Source: a virus. Taken from it: a stretch of 64,000 bases of DNA. A program made the translations under genes and the position numbers. How positions within the stretch are numbered: position 1 is the first letter of the stretch; every line of letters starts with the position of its first letter. Where the stretch lies: IMG/VR virus record IMGVR_UViG_3300042905_003904, positions 32,001 through 96,000 of that record. The stretch is one strand, 5' to 3'. The notes beneath the pieces are model-generated. The model worked only from the letters and a program-made list of their open reading frames with translations, was not told where the DNA came from and did no database searches. This document shows, one piece after another, positions 38,258 to 49,147 of the stretch.

Positions 38258-39919
38258 TTAGAACTTAGGATCTGTTTCTGGCCAAAGCTTGATAAAGTTG
38301 TCTATTTTGGTGGCAATTACATCATTGAGGTATGCATTTTGACTTGGGTTAATATAATGAACAACTTTCACCACCATCCACTGACCTAAAAACTTATCAT
38401 CAAACGGGTGATTGGCATTACTAGCGGTAGCCGCAACCCTGTCCACAAATAAAAACCTACCAGGATGTCTTATAGTCAATCCATTGGCTTGAAAATATAG
38501 AGAATTACTCAAAATTACCGAATCCAATATCATTTGATTTACTGGTAGGTTTGCATTATAGTAATTAAGTGGTAAAAATTCATTAGTAGTTGATCGCCCA
38601 GTTCCTTTGGTTTGATTAAAGTGTTGAGATAGTTGGCCTCTCTTTTGTTGAAAGCTATAGAGTCCGTCCTTGCTGCAATTATACAATCCAGTCATTGCCT
38701 TATTGGCGGTATTATTCTTGATCTTAATTGTAAAGGCCCCAGAGGCAAAATCATAAGAATGCAGTGGTCTATTAGTTAATCTATGACTATCCGTAGATAC
38801 CATTGGAACATATTGATAAGAGGATATTATCGATGCCCCGCCAGACATAAAATTTTGAATATTATTAGCAGCACTGGTGTTAAAAGAATCTACAGGGGCT
38901 CTTGATTTATAGATGGATATTTGGTCCATACCATCAGCCAATAGGATTCGTTCTACTTGAGACTGCTGTGCATCTGCAAAATATTTGGATAACGGCATCA
39001 ACGACCATTTCTTAGTATCACTAGAACGACCATACTCTAAAAGGACAGGTCCTCCACTAGCAGATTCCAAATGAGGCGTTAGATAATTGATATCATCCAA
39101 AATATTTGAGTTGGCTGGAGAAGTGTAAAATACGCGATTAGAATCTATAGGACCTGCGTCCCAACTGTTTGAATCTGTAGTCCCCGCATCCAATGGAATA
39201 TTTGGTTTATCTATGGTTGACGATGAATCATAGCCAATATTAACTTTGGTGGTTTGAAAAGCTGCTGCTGTTTGTAGTAAATTGCTCAGTGCTAAATTAG
39301 CAGGCATGATTCTATTCACATCTTGGGCACTCGCACCACCCTTTGAGGTGCTGAATTCCACATTATTTTCCAGACAATACTGATATATTTCAGAGTGGAA
39401 ATATAGTTTTTTTCGTTTTTTGATATTATCCGATGGAAGATCTTCCATATCATATATTACGAAATCATAATTCATCTCCCAAGAACTTTTAGGAAAGTCT
39501 CCCTTCTCTTTATCGGATTGGATCGGACAAAATAAAATACTCAGACGATTCCGCCCATCCGTTCTAAATACATAGGGAGCCTTTGCTCCTGCTAGATTCC
39601 CTTGAATACCAGCAGCGGCGACACCGGCAGCAAATGGATTAGTAGCCATTAGAGTCACATTTAAAGCAACGCCAGCCATTTGCTGAATATTTAATTCATA
39701 TAGATTCCCTCGCTCAAATATTTCTAAATCATTATTCAGAACCATCCATCCACTCACTTTCCAATCTTGGAAGAGTTCTTCTATACAGATAGAATCTATA
39801 AAAAAGGGAGAAACTAAAACTGGTTTATAGTCATCTAATTGATTCCACAGCCAAACCGTTAATTGATAGGTTTGACCCCCGATAATAACATTAAAATCCG
39901 TATTTGAAGAAGCACTCAT
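38258..39919 (-). CDS. Probable baseplate hub protein (gp27-like); probable start 39919
   Basis: C-terminal G.TIR.PGRF..GQWMVVKVVH typical of hub/gpD proteins; near gp5. Confidence 0.6.
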   Translation of the reverse strand: MSASSNTDFNVIIGGQTYQLTVWLWNQLDDYKPVLVSPFFIDSICIEELFQDWKVSGWMVLNNDLEIFERGNLYELNIQQMAGVALNVTLMATNPFAAGVAAAGIQGNLAGAKAPYVFRTDGRNRLSILFCPIQSDKEKGDFPKSSWEMNYDFVIYDMEDLPSDNIKKRKKLYFHSEIYQYCLENNVEFSTSKGGASAQDVNRIMPANLALSNLLQTAAAFQTTKVNIGYDSSSTIDKPNIPLDAGTTDSNSWDAGPIDSNRVFYTSPANSNILDDINYLTPHLESASGGPVLLEYGRSSDTKKWSLMPLSKYFADAQQSQVERILLADGMDQISIYKSRAPVDSFNTSAANNIQNFMSGGASIISSYQYVPMVSTDSHRLTNRPLHSYDFASGAFTIKIKNNTANKAMTGLYNCSKDGLYSFQQKRGQLSQHFNQTKGTGRSTTNEFLPLNYYNANLPVNQMILDSVILSNSLYFQANGLTIRHPGRFLFVDRVAATASNANHPFDDKFLGQWMVVKVVHYINPSQNAYLNDVIATKIDNFIKLWPETDPKF

Positions 39920-40503
39920 TAGCAATGATCGATATCAGACAGTAGTTTGGCATTGAATTGATTAAAATCAAACATCGCCTGGCACGTAATTTCATTAGCA
40001 TCTTGGTGGGAATATGAAATCTCACTCAAACTAACGATGCGAGCCCCATAATAAACAAAGGACATAATATTACGATTATATTCTTCTGCTGCAAAAGTGG
40101 TAAACGTAGTCAGATAATCCGTAACGGGATGGACTGGTTTACTGCCATTTAATACCACAGAAGTTATTTCTGAAGTAGATTTTAAACTTTGATTAAACAA
40201 ATCCAACCAGCGCCACAAGATCCACCAATTTTTATAACCATTATCCACCTTAAAACTCAGTCTTAATGGCCTATAAGCCGGCCTAGAATGGGAGGACACC
40301 TTCAATGTTTGTCCGCCGAAGGGGGTATCAATAGAAGGAACCTCAATACTGGGCGTTGGGGAACCAAAACAAGTAAATTGAATGGTATTGGCATTCGGTA
40401 ATGTTTCTAAAATCGGATCAGCCGTTCGTTTTAGGGCTAGGGGCAGATCTAATACCAATGTAAATTTATCTAGCCTGGCTCTATTTAATACACTTTGATG
40501 CAT
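39919..40503 (-). CDS. Tail-tube-fold protein (gp3-like tube terminator candidate)
   Basis: PSIEVP..Y.PL.LSFKVD..YKNW..LWRWL..SLSEISY..F; TAAGTA at 40509-40514 (-). Confidence 0.65.
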   Translation of the reverse strand: MHQSVLNRARLDKFTLVLDLPLALKRTADPILETLPNANTIQFTCFGSPTPSIEVPSIDTPFGGQTLKVSSHSRPAYRPLRLSFKVDNGYKNWWILWRWLDLFNQSLKSTSEITSVVLNGSKPVHPVTDYLTTFTTFAAEEYNRNIMSFVYYGARIVSLSEISYSHQDANEITCQAMFDFNQFNAKLLSDIDHC

Positions 40504-40524
40504 AATGTTACTTAGAAGGACGGT

Positions 40525-42375
40525 TCAGAAGATCATCGCAGGAAAGTGATTAATGACCTCTGAAGTATCATCCAATAATCCCACGTCTTTAATTTCTGGA
40601 ACCTCTTCTTTGAATGCTCCGTCCTGATGTAGCCACATAAACAATTGCTGTTCGTCTGATAGATGAGCAGTTTCTTGACTGCCTACATAACAAGAGGATA
40701 CATTTGTCCTGGCATTTCCTTTGGGTCCTACAGATATTTTACCTTGTAGCAACGGACTATTCTTAATAGATTCATTACTATATAAGTGTTTTATTTTTAA
40801 TGGCCTACCCTGAGCATCTGCTTCTTCGATTAAGAAGTGTTTAACTGCTAAACTAGGATCCAATATAAAGAGGCCCCAAACTGTGGCTAATACTCTATCA
40901 TCTAAATCATCTGTTTTCCGTTTACCAAAGGTATAATTTGGCAACTTAACTACATTATACATTTCGAGTAAAGTATCTAAATCATAAAACCTTACAGCCT
41001 TTAAACTATTGGTCCAATAACGAAAATTGGCAATACCCTTATATTTGGTATTAGAGTGACTATGAATACCATATCGTCCAGCATTATTATAATGTTTACT
41101 CATACCATCCAACTGATAGGTGACTAAATTTTCATAGTTGTGCGTATGAATTAGCACATCAATAACTTGTTTGCCGTCATTATTATTCTCAATCAGACAA
41201 GGAGGACGACCCCAATCATTCATAATCCCCATTACCTTAGTTCCAAAGTGGTAGGGGCTAACGTTATTATTCGCATAAACAGCCACCTGAATAATAGCCG
41301 TTGGATCTGTAACATCATATACTTGAGCAACGGAATTAGTCCGCCCAATACCTTCTCCCACGTCTACTCCCACGACATAGAGATGACCTTCCTGAGGCAG
41401 TTCATAGACGCGATAAGAACCATTGTCATCTACTAATAAAGGATCTTTACACTGAGCTTTTAGTTCCTCAAGATAGGAATCGTCTACTACAGAGGAGCCC
41501 TCATGGAACTCGAGTTCAAATTCTTGCCTCCAGTCAGCCTCCGAACCCAAAGTAGCCATCGTGCTGGCCTTCCATTTAGCGTCTCTGCCTGGTATTTCAT
41601 CCCACTTAATAGTTTCTGAGTGCCATTCAGAATCTGGTTTTTGAGATTCCATGATCAGTTCATAAAATTTATTATCCTTTCCATTCGGTGTGCTGATAAC
41701 AAACAACTGGGCGGTCTTAGATGATGAAATAACTGGAATAGCGCTTTTCCAGAGTTCCTTCATGATTTCCTTAGAGATGTGGGCCGCTTCGTCGATGATT
41801 ACCACATTGCTCGAAGAACCACGAGGACCAGCTGAAGAGGTGGAACTCACTTGGATTTTCGAACCATTGCTTAAAATCATTCCGTTCTTGGTCCAATTCT
41901 TAACACCAGGCTTTAAATACACTGGTAATTGTTCATAGGCCATCTGAATTCGGCTGAATAATTCTGTTGCGGTTGATTCTTTATTAGCAATAACTGTAAT
42001 ACTCTTGTCCGCTTGGAAACAAACAAACCACAAAGCATAAATGGAAACCATCGTGCTCTTACCTACCTGACGAGATGCTAATACTAAGTTAAACCGATTG
42101 GCCTTAAATGCTTTTAGGACCCTTTTCTGACACTTATAAAGACTAATTTTTTGTTTACCTTCATCCAATGAGCGAATGAAAAAGTGATTCTCTGCGAAGT
42201 GTAGTAGACTTTTAGTGCAAAGTTTGAGCTCATCCACCATGGCCGGCGTCCATTTAATGACAGCCTCCTTGCGCATTATGTTCTCATTACCCTGGAATAA
42301 TTTCCCGGAAACGAGGTAATCCTGGGTGTCCTCTGGCAACAAATCTAAGTCCTCTTCTGGTTCTTCGTTTGGCAT
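40525..42375 (-). CDS. gp17: Terminase large subunit (T4 gp17-like)
   Basis: LY.CQ, ASRQVGKS, IIDEAAH, ISTPNG, QEFE, GVDVGEG, DDRV; no intein. Confidence 0.95.
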   Translation of the reverse strand: MPNEEPEEDLDLLPEDTQDYLVSGKLFQGNENIMRKEAVIKWTPAMVDELKLCTKSLLHFAENHFFIRSLDEGKQKISLYKCQKRVLKAFKANRFNLVLASRQVGKSTMVSIYALWFVCFQADKSITVIANKESTATELFSRIQMAYEQLPVYLKPGVKNWTKNGMILSNGSKIQVSSTSSAGPRGSSSNVVIIDEAAHISKEIMKELWKSAIPVISSSKTAQLFVISTPNGKDNKFYELIMESQKPDSEWHSETIKWDEIPGRDAKWKASTMATLGSEADWRQEFELEFHEGSSVVDDSYLEELKAQCKDPLLVDDNGSYRVYELPQEGHLYVVGVDVGEGIGRTNSVAQVYDVTDPTAIIQVAVYANNNVSPYHFGTKVMGIMNDWGRPPCLIENNNDGKQVIDVLIHTHNYENLVTYQLDGMSKHYNNAGRYGIHSHSNTKYKGIANFRYWTNSLKAVRFYDLDTLLEMYNVVKLPNYTFGKRKTDDLDDRVLATVWGLFILDPSLAVKHFLIEEADAQGRPLKIKHLYSNESIKNSPLLQGKISVGPKGNARTNVSSCYVGSQETAHLSDEQQLFMWLHQDGAFKEEVPEIKDVGLLDDTSEVINHFPAMIF

Positions 42376-42391
42376 TTTAATTTAAGTATCC

Positions 42392-42401
42392 TAAGTATTT
42401 A
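42392..42401. promoter_or_regulatory. Overlapping divergent late promoters
   Basis: taagtattta gives TAAGTA on + (42392-42397, toward 42406) and TAAATA on - (42396-42401, toward terL). Confidence 0.5.
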
Positions 42402-42405
42402 GGAG

Positions 42406-42870
42406 ATGGCTAAGAAGAAACCCACTAAAGCAGTAGCACCCATAGAATTTATAGAATGGGGGGCCATCACTTACGAGAGTCATTGGGCTCCAAATAAAGG
42501 CTTGGGTCCAACCGATGGAATTTATGGGGTAGACAAAATCTGGCCAATCTATTGTTTAGATATTGCTAATCCTTTATGTTTGTATCACCGGTTTCAAGAG
42601 CAATTAATGAGGGTCCAGAAAAAAACGGATAAAATAGACACTAGAGACATGGCTATGTTTCTCCATCAAAACCCGCATATTTATATGGAATTATTGGTAT
42701 TTGAAGACCTACTAAAGGAGTCTATGTATTTCAAACTTCGTGGAAAAATATATTGTTATTGTGTAGAAACAATGAAGCCACTAATTACAGAATTCGGACA
42801 AAAAATCGGCGTTCGATTTCTATTTGATCCCTTTAAGGTTTTAGGATTGCCTTATAACATAGAAGGTTAG
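42406..42870 (+). CDS. Hypothetical protein divergent from terL
   Basis: 154 aa, late-promoter motif upstream. Confidence 0.6.
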   Translation: MAKKKPTKAVAPIEFIEWGAITYESHWAPNKGLGPTDGIYGVDKIWPIYCLDIANPLCLYHRFQEQLMRVQKKTDKIDTRDMAMFLHQNPHIYMELLVFEDLLKESMYFKLRGKIYCYCVETMKPLITEFGQKIGVRFLFDPFKVLGLPYNIEG

Positions 42871-43223
42871 ATATTCACTTGCTGCTGTAGTGCAGTTATC
42901 ACAGCAGAAACATACTGTGGCTTTAATATCTTCAAGACGGTTCCTGGTAGTGGAAAATTGCCGGGTTCTATAATTTGATTATATGCACAAATCAACCACC
43001 AAAGCTCAATGGTCTTATAGTGTTTATACGCAATATAAACCCAGGTTTCGTTGATGCCTACTGTATAGGAATCGTGTATATCATCTGAATTGGGTGGGAT
43101 GATACTAATAGATTGTAGCAAGTTATAAAAATACTGTCCGTCTACATCTTGATAGACATTTAGAAAATTTTCATAACGAAAATCTGATAAAACCGGAACA
43201 GAATCTAAGTCGGATTGTTTCAT
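42867..43223 (-). CDS. gp53: Baseplate wedge LysM-like protein (gp53-like)
   Basis: ETW..IAYKHY.TIELWWLIC.YNQI..P...PGTVLKI. Confidence 0.8.
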   Translation of the reverse strand: MKQSDLDSVPVLSDFRYENFLNVYQDVDGQYFYNLLQSISIIPPNSDDIHDSYTVGINETWVYIAYKHYKTIELWWLICAYNQIIEPGNFPLPGTVLKILKPQYVSAVITALQQQVNI

Positions 43224-44275
43224 GGTTTTGGTTTAAAAATTGAATTAACAATGGTATTAAGTGGGGTTATTTTCGCCTCCTTAAGAGGCATAATTACATT
43301 AACACTTCCCACGTTGCCGTTGGCTTCTGCTAATAGTTGAGTGCTGGCTGGTAATAAATCATTTAATGTAAATGTAACCTTATATGCTTCGGGAATTATT
43401 ATGGACTCAGATATATGACCAAATTCTGAAGCAGGCAGCAGTCTAGTTGTGCCTATATTAGTAATATTTAAATTGCTAATATAGGCCGCTGCCATATAAA
43501 TTCCGCCGACGCCCGTTCTTACTTCATAAATTTTAGGTGGAATATGGGTAACCAAACTCGTCCTGGTCATGGTATTTTGGAATGTTAGCAGCAAAACAAA
43601 ATTATAGTTTTCAAAGGCGCTTTTGTGGTCTAATGTATTATAGAGGGGGAACGAAACGCTAATAGATTTCTTATCTGACGCCTCAAAATAAGAAACAGTA
43701 TCCAACCCATTAACACCAGCAACGGAACCTTTAGCAAAATCCCCAGCAAGCTTACCAATATAGGAGCCAACCTTAGAAGCGCTAGACGGCTCCTGGCCTG
43801 GCTTGGGAGGTTTTGATCCCATTAAGCTGGATATCATGCCCCCTGCTCCAGAAAATGGATTAGTATCATGCCCATCCGACCACTTATTATTGGACGACAT
43901 TAACGAGGATCCCTGATTTAACAGCCACGGTAATTTGTAAACAAAATTAGTAGGATCCGCCACATATAGTTTTTTGTAAATGTCTTTGAAGCCGTGGGAT
44001 TCCTTTCCGAAAAGGTCGGTATATAATGTATTTAAATTAGATAACATTCCGGATAATTTTATCTCAAATTCGGTTAACATTATATACGGAATTTCTAACT
44101 CGGCGGGATCTGGACCGGTTTGGGACCGCCATGGCAATTTAGAATAGACATCCACAATGCCAGCCCCTCGAGGCTCGAGTTTTAACTGACCTCCCATAGT
44201 GGTTTTCCCTGCTGTGAAAAACGGAGAATTCTTAAAAACCTCATTGAACCCCGATGCTGTAGAAGTATTGGCCAT
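43220..44275 (-). CDS. Baseplate tube cap / gp48-like protein; probable start 44275
   Basis: SISVSFPLYNT, PPKIYEV, AAYISNLNITNIG, IPEAYKVTFTL tube-fold C-terminus. Confidence 0.55.
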   Translation of the reverse strand: MANTSTASGFNEVFKNSPFFTAGKTTMGGQLKLEPRGAGIVDVYSKLPWRSQTGPDPAELEIPYIMLTEFEIKLSGMLSNLNTLYTDLFGKESHGFKDIYKKLYVADPTNFVYKLPWLLNQGSSLMSSNNKWSDGHDTNPFSGAGGMISSLMGSKPPKPGQEPSSASKVGSYIGKLAGDFAKGSVAGVNGLDTVSYFEASDKKSISVSFPLYNTLDHKSAFENYNFVLLLTFQNTMTRTSLVTHIPPKIYEVRTGVGGIYMAAAYISNLNITNIGTTRLLPASEFGHISESIIIPEAYKVTFTLNDLLPASTQLLAEANGNVGSVNVIMPLKEAKITPLNTIVNSIFKPKP

Positions 44276-44276
44276 A

Positions 44277-46106
44277 TTAAGAGGTATAACGAGTAGATGA
44301 AGAAGAGTCTCTCCAATAATTAGCACGGAAATCTGCAATAGGATCTCGCCCGCTTTGCATTGGCCCTGAATTACCCGAAGATGAATTGTCTGTGGAACTG
44401 ATGTTATTAACTATATTGTTGCCAGAACCAGTTGTATTGTCATTAATAGAAGTTAGAATATCATACATTCTACCAAACATGGGAGATAACACTTTGCTGA
44501 ACTGTTTCGACATATCTTCGAAGTCCATTTTGCCAAAGACCCTATCAGATTCTATATCATCTAGTTGTGGAGGGACTACCTTATAACCGTTTATGTTTAT
44601 TTGAGCTTGTGGATTAACAGAATGATCTTCAGGAAGTCGATCTTCTCCGCTTCCGCCCTGAATCGGAGGTTCGATGGGATTTATTCTATAGGTACGAGAG
44701 CGATCCGATGGAAATTCTTCTCTTGTTCCAGGAACCACACCCGGGTTCGGATTGCTAACTGGGGGTGTAGGTTTAGAAGCGTTTAGTTCATTCCGCGCAG
44801 CCATTAAAATTTCTTTCCGCTCATCCCACGCGATAGCATCTTCTGTGTGACGTTTATGTTCATTCACACTAGTCCATTTATCCATGTCTTCATGAGCCTG
44901 TTGTGCAAGACGTCCAAAAAGGGCAATTTCTTCGTCTAAACTATTAAGGATTTTTTCTTTGGATTTTTCTATGGTAATAATTTTACCATCAGCGGTGGGC
45001 AACTCAGTTGGTTTTTTTATAGCTTCGTATCTTTTATCAGCCCATTCTTTATTTTCATCTAACACTTCTCCCTTCTCCATCCGCTCAAACCTTTCTTTCA
45101 TCAGCTGTTCGGCGGATTTTAAATCATCTTCCCATTCTTCAGCCTTCTCCATAGCCTTCATTATGGCTTCGTAACCAACATACACAATGCCACCAAGGCG
45201 TAATAGTTTTTTACCAGCAACGGCAGCAGCTAATAAAGCATCAGTAAGCGAAAACCCAGAATCTCCCGCCCCGGTTTGAGGAACATTTTCAGGAGAATTC
45301 TTGGGATTTTTGTGTGCAAACAATTTAGCAGATTCTTCTCCGCGAATGATCAATTCCTTTAAATCCTTTAGGCTCTTCTCGGATAAAGTAACCTCAATAG
45401 CCTCTGCTTCTAAATTGGCTTGTTGTTTCTCTTTGACTGGTTTTTCTAAGAGATTATTAGCAGCCCCGATAGACCAACTATTATTGGCATTTAGGTCTGC
45501 TTGTTGTTTTTCTGCCGGAATGTTCTCTAAACTGGAATTTACTATAGGATTCTTCGCAACAGGAACGACGTCCTTCGCATTTTTACCTAAAGATACAGTA
45601 TCTGCCTCACTTTGGACAGAATCCTTTGGAATCTCGATGGTTGTATTCAGCCCATCCAACTGTTTATCGAAGACTGCTTTGGCCTTCTTTTGATACAATC
45701 CAGACAATTCCACCAAATTTAAAGGATCAGCCAATATTTTAGAAACAATTGGAGACGGAGCGGGATACTTTAAGGTTTTAAGATTCTGGTCTAAAACCTT
45801 AGCCACTTGCTGCTGATATTTTTGAAAATCTGAAGATTTAAGCGGATCCATCAGCTGATAAATCTGCGAATCTTTAGATTGGTGTCTTTTTTCTAGGTCT
45901 TGAAAGATATCCTCTAATTTAGAAAAACACGGTTCAATAACCCGATTTCTAAAGCCGGCTCGTAAATCCTCCAATAAATCTTGTTCTCCGGGCTTAGTGG
46001 GGGACAGTATCTTTAATAGGAAATCAGAAGCATCCACATAATCTCCGATTTTAATCTCGTGGATTTTATGTAGTATTTCTTCTAAGATGACATTTTCGCC
46101 TTCCAT
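44277..46106 (-). CDS. Tape-measure/hub-like protein (gp29 position)
   Basis: 609 aa, helical and low-complexity, N/S-rich C-terminus; TAAGTA at 46119-46124 (-). Confidence 0.5.
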   Translation of the reverse strand: MEGENVILEEILHKIHEIKIGDYVDASDFLLKILSPTKPGEQDLLEDLRAGFRNRVIEPCFSKLEDIFQDLEKRHQSKDSQIYQLMDPLKSSDFQKYQQQVAKVLDQNLKTLKYPAPSPIVSKILADPLNLVELSGLYQKKAKAVFDKQLDGLNTTIEIPKDSVQSEADTVSLGKNAKDVVPVAKNPIVNSSLENIPAEKQQADLNANNSWSIGAANNLLEKPVKEKQQANLEAEAIEVTLSEKSLKDLKELIIRGEESAKLFAHKNPKNSPENVPQTGAGDSGFSLTDALLAAAVAGKKLLRLGGIVYVGYEAIMKAMEKAEEWEDDLKSAEQLMKERFERMEKGEVLDENKEWADKRYEAIKKPTELPTADGKIITIEKSKEKILNSLDEEIALFGRLAQQAHEDMDKWTSVNEHKRHTEDAIAWDERKEILMAARNELNASKPTPPVSNPNPGVVPGTREEFPSDRSRTYRINPIEPPIQGGSGEDRLPEDHSVNPQAQININGYKVVPPQLDDIESDRVFGKMDFEDMSKQFSKVLSPMFGRMYDILTSINDNTTGSGNNIVNNISSTDNSSSGNSGPMQSGRDPIADFRANYWRDSSSSTRYTS

Positions 46107-46137
46107 AAGTGCTTCTTTTACTTATGGCACCAGATCC

Positions 46138-46812
46138 TTAGGTCTTATTGAATAACCACGGACCAAAGTGACGAGGGAATATGGTCTTTAACGTTATCTG
46201 CCATTCTTTAATTTGGGCAAATATAGATTCAAACAAATTAGCGGGTAGAGATTGAATTAGCTGAACGGCCTTATCTAAAGAAATATCAGCCAAGTTAATA
46301 ATACTGTCTTCCATAGTTATGACAGATAGATATTTCGAAAACTCTAATAAGATTGATTTGGTTAAATGAATGTCTACCAATTTTACAATCTCCGGCTCAC
46401 TAATGTCATTAATATTTTCAAATAACCACCGCTCGACCTCCAAATACCTATTAATAGTGGGGATAGATATTTGTAACTTAATGTTTTTATATGTAAATGT
46501 TACTGGTTCGGGTATAACAATTTCAGCCAAGGTGGTCTCTGGAAAATAGATACTATTATAGTAAGACCATGCGATATACTCAAAGTCCCAAACAGTTAGA
46601 GTCGATAAATCAATACCACCAGCATTTTGTTTTATAACATCCAATACCACACTATAAAACGAGGGATCCAATAGGTCTTCTATTTTATGGGCAGATTTTT
46701 GGAGATGCAATAGTTGAGTGGTATTGATAGAAGAGAAATATTCTATCTTCTGTAGAGACGGGATAAAAATCGGAATCTTTATTTCTTTGAATATGCTTTC
46801 TATGTCTATCAT
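46138..46812 (-). CDS. Baseplate hub assembly protein (gp26-like)
   Basis: IFIPSL, LT..DFEYI pattern; paralogous-looking to the adjacent gene. Confidence 0.5.
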   Translation of the reverse strand: MIDIESIFKEIKIPIFIPSLQKIEYFSSINTTQLLHLQKSAHKIEDLLDPSFYSVVLDVIKQNAGGIDLSTLTVWDFEYIAWSYYNSIYFPETTLAEIVIPEPVTFTYKNIKLQISIPTINRYLEVERWLFENINDISEPEIVKLVDIHLTKSILLEFSKYLSVITMEDSIINLADISLDKAVQLIQSLPANLFESIFAQIKEWQITLKTIFPRHFGPWLFNKT

Positions 46813-47738
46813 TGGTTAAATTCTTGGGCTAATTGTTGAACTTCGGCAGACTGACTATTAGTGTTCTTCTTAGGGAAGAAGTTTAAATACATCCGCCGCT
46901 CTTGGCTGGAGAGATTTAAGATATACTCTGCATCTAATTGTCCAGACAACACAAAGATTTCTTGGTGTATCTCTGCCAAATCAAACAAAAACGGCAATTT
47001 GAATACTTGTAAAATAGAAGAGTCAAATAAATCTAAGTGCCATTGATTGAAATTTTTAAGCTGAAACAAGTCAATATTCTTCAAGAGGTCTATATTACTC
47101 AGTAATTGCTTTACCAAGCGGTGTTGGATTGGGGCCGGAATCTTATTAACATCAAAGGGGATTCCAGAATCGGCAGACCATGTTATTATATTTTCGGCCT
47201 GATTGACAATAATTTCTCTAATGAATAGGGGGAGAATGCTGTTAGAAATTTCTTGTGGATTGGACGAAGAATTTAATATAGTCAATAACTGGGGTAACTG
47301 TTTCCAGGTTAACCATCCTAATTTTATATTGATGCTGGTGTTTTCATTGGCAACATAAGTCAATCCCCAATGAGATTCGTTTAACTCATTTAATCCCAAA
47401 AACACATTTTTAAGAAACAAATCACAATCCAATTCTATAATCGTTTGTTTGTCTTCTCGTATGGCCTGCAATTTACAGATAGGCCCCATGGAAATTGAAC
47501 GAATCTTCAATCCCAATAAGAGAACCTCTATTACAGATAAGTCCTGAATAGAAACATTGAGGGTGCTTCTTTGCAGTAATTCGGCAAAAGTGTTTATAAA
47601 ATATAAGTCCCCATCCAATCCTTCTGGAGATACTAACATGGATTTAGCTAAAAATAGTTGGTCCTTGGTAGAAATTTCCTTAAAAGAAACGGCTTTCTTA
47701 GAAAACGGCAATTCTACTGAATATAAAAAATCAGACAT
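46809..47738 (-). CDS. Baseplate hub assembly protein (gp26/gp51-like)
   Basis: VELPFSKKAV.FKE, L.IRSISMG, C-terminal LS..ERRMYL. Confidence 0.6.
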   Translation of the reverse strand: MSDFLYSVELPFSKKAVSFKEISTKDQLFLAKSMLVSPEGLDGDLYFINTFAELLQRSTLNVSIQDLSVIEVLLLGLKIRSISMGPICKLQAIREDKQTIIELDCDLFLKNVFLGLNELNESHWGLTYVANENTSINIKLGWLTWKQLPQLLTILNSSSNPQEISNSILPLFIREIIVNQAENIITWSADSGIPFDVNKIPAPIQHRLVKQLLSNIDLLKNIDLFQLKNFNQWHLDLFDSSILQVFKLPFLFDLAEIHQEIFVLSGQLDAEYILNLSSQERRMYLNFFPKKNTNSQSAEVQQLAQEFNQ

Positions 47739-47774
47739 GATTTATATTACCACTAATTTAAAATTAATCCCTTA

Positions 47775-48566
47775 TTATCTATCCTTTACAGCAAAAAATG
47801 ATGATTCCGGAATAACCTTACTTGATGCGGGAGCAACAGACGGTGCGGGCCCACCAGTTGCGGACCCACCAGTCGCAGAACCTCCAACATAATTACCAGC
47901 CCGTTCTGAACTAATAAAGTAATGATCATAAACGAATTCTACTTTGGTATATTTTATGCCTTCTTGTTCATAAGAATTCACAAAATTACCCACAGAAACC
48001 GGAGCAGCATTGATAAAGTTGATAGATTTCCGAACTTCAAATTGTTTACCTTCGCCCACCTTAGCTAATAGATAAATTTTAATTAGAGGACACCTGATGT
48101 TTTTATTAGAGCCAGAAGCACGAGCTATTAGTCCATGTTGTCCCACCAGAATCGTCCACGGTCGTAACACAAAATCTACAAAAGAAGCATTAGTCTCTAA
48201 TACCGTAATGGAGAATTTATTATATACTTCCCGCCCAGAAGTCGTCGGAGGCGCCATAATACCAGCGGCATTTAAGCTTTCATAACCCACACTAATAGAT
48301 TCGCCCGGATAATCTACTTCTCGGGCGAAAATACATCCAATCAATTCCTGTGGATTATCCTGAAACTGTGGAGTCATTAGATGGCTAGACACAGACGGAT
48401 CGATGGCCCATTTTGGTTCTAGTTTATTGAGATTGGATTTTAATACAGCCCCCTTCAAGGCTGGAACACTATTAATATCCAGAATAACAAACCACTGACT
48501 AGCGAATGCTAAACCAGAAGGCCAAGTGCCTAACTTATCGAGGAAATATAAAAGTGGGTCCGCCAT
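47775..48566 (-). CDS. Tail-tube-fold baseplate protein (gp54-like); probable start 48566
   Basis: V.YPGES, F.ITVLET, F.NAAP.SV, VEF.YD; TAAGTA at 48572-48577, 5 nt before ATG. Confidence 0.6.
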   Translation of the reverse strand: MADPLLYFLDKLGTWPSGLAFASQWFVILDINSVPALKGAVLKSNLNKLEPKWAIDPSVSSHLMTPQFQDNPQELIGCIFAREVDYPGESISVGYESLNAAGIMAPPTTSGREVYNKFSITVLETNASFVDFVLRPWTILVGQHGLIARASGSNKNIRCPLIKIYLLAKVGEGKQFEVRKSINFINAAPVSVGNFVNSYEQEGIKYTKVEFVYDHYFISSERAGNYVGGSATGGSATGGPAPSVAPASSKVIPESSFFAVKDR

Positions 48567-48589
48567 ACCCTTACTTAGGCGAGCAACAA

Positions 48590-49129
48590 TTAAACGTTGC
48601 CGTCTCTCCAGAATTGATAGGCGATAGTAGCTTCCTGTTCCACTATTTCGCCCTTGGATGCAACGGTTACACTCACATTTCCGATGGTCTTTAACCAAGA
48701 ACCGAAAAGGGTCATGAACTTAACAACGCCGCCCTGTTTATCTAAAAGAGCCAAGATGATTTTATTAGCTGCAGATGCATTGGGGATCTGATAATTTCCA
48801 GAAGAAGAAGCATCATCAAAAATTTGCAAAGAAGATATTTCTAGGAGATTGCGTAAATTATAGATGGAGTCCATGCGGAACTTGACTGACCAGGATTCTG
48901 ATCCGGGATACGAAACGTTTCCGGGAACGTTAAACGATAGTCCCATAAAAGGAACTACTACATTATTAATATCCTTTCCGGGCATGATAGTAGATTCCAG
49001 ATAGATTAAGTTATCTGGAGCCAGATTTCCTAGCTGGATTACCCGGAACAAATTAGTTCGAGCAAAGTCCAGCCGGGAAGCTGTATCATAAAAGTTCGCG
49101 ATTCCGTATTGGTCAAGAAGTCCTGGCAT
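48590..49129 (-). CDS. gp19: Tail tube protein (gp19-like)
   Basis: FARTNLFRV, MPG....V.VPFMG..F.VPG..SY..W.V.F, TIAYQFW; directly after the sheath gene. Confidence 0.85.
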   Translation of the reverse strand: MPGLLDQYGIANFYDTASRLDFARTNLFRVIQLGNLAPDNLIYLESTIMPGKDINNVVVPFMGLSFNVPGNVSYPGSESWSVKFRMDSIYNLRNLLEISSLQIFDDASSSGNYQIPNASAANKIILALLDKQGGVVKFMTLFGSWLKTIGNVSVTVASKGEIVEQEATIAYQFWRDGNV

Positions 49130-49147
49130 AAGTGTTAATATTTAGGG

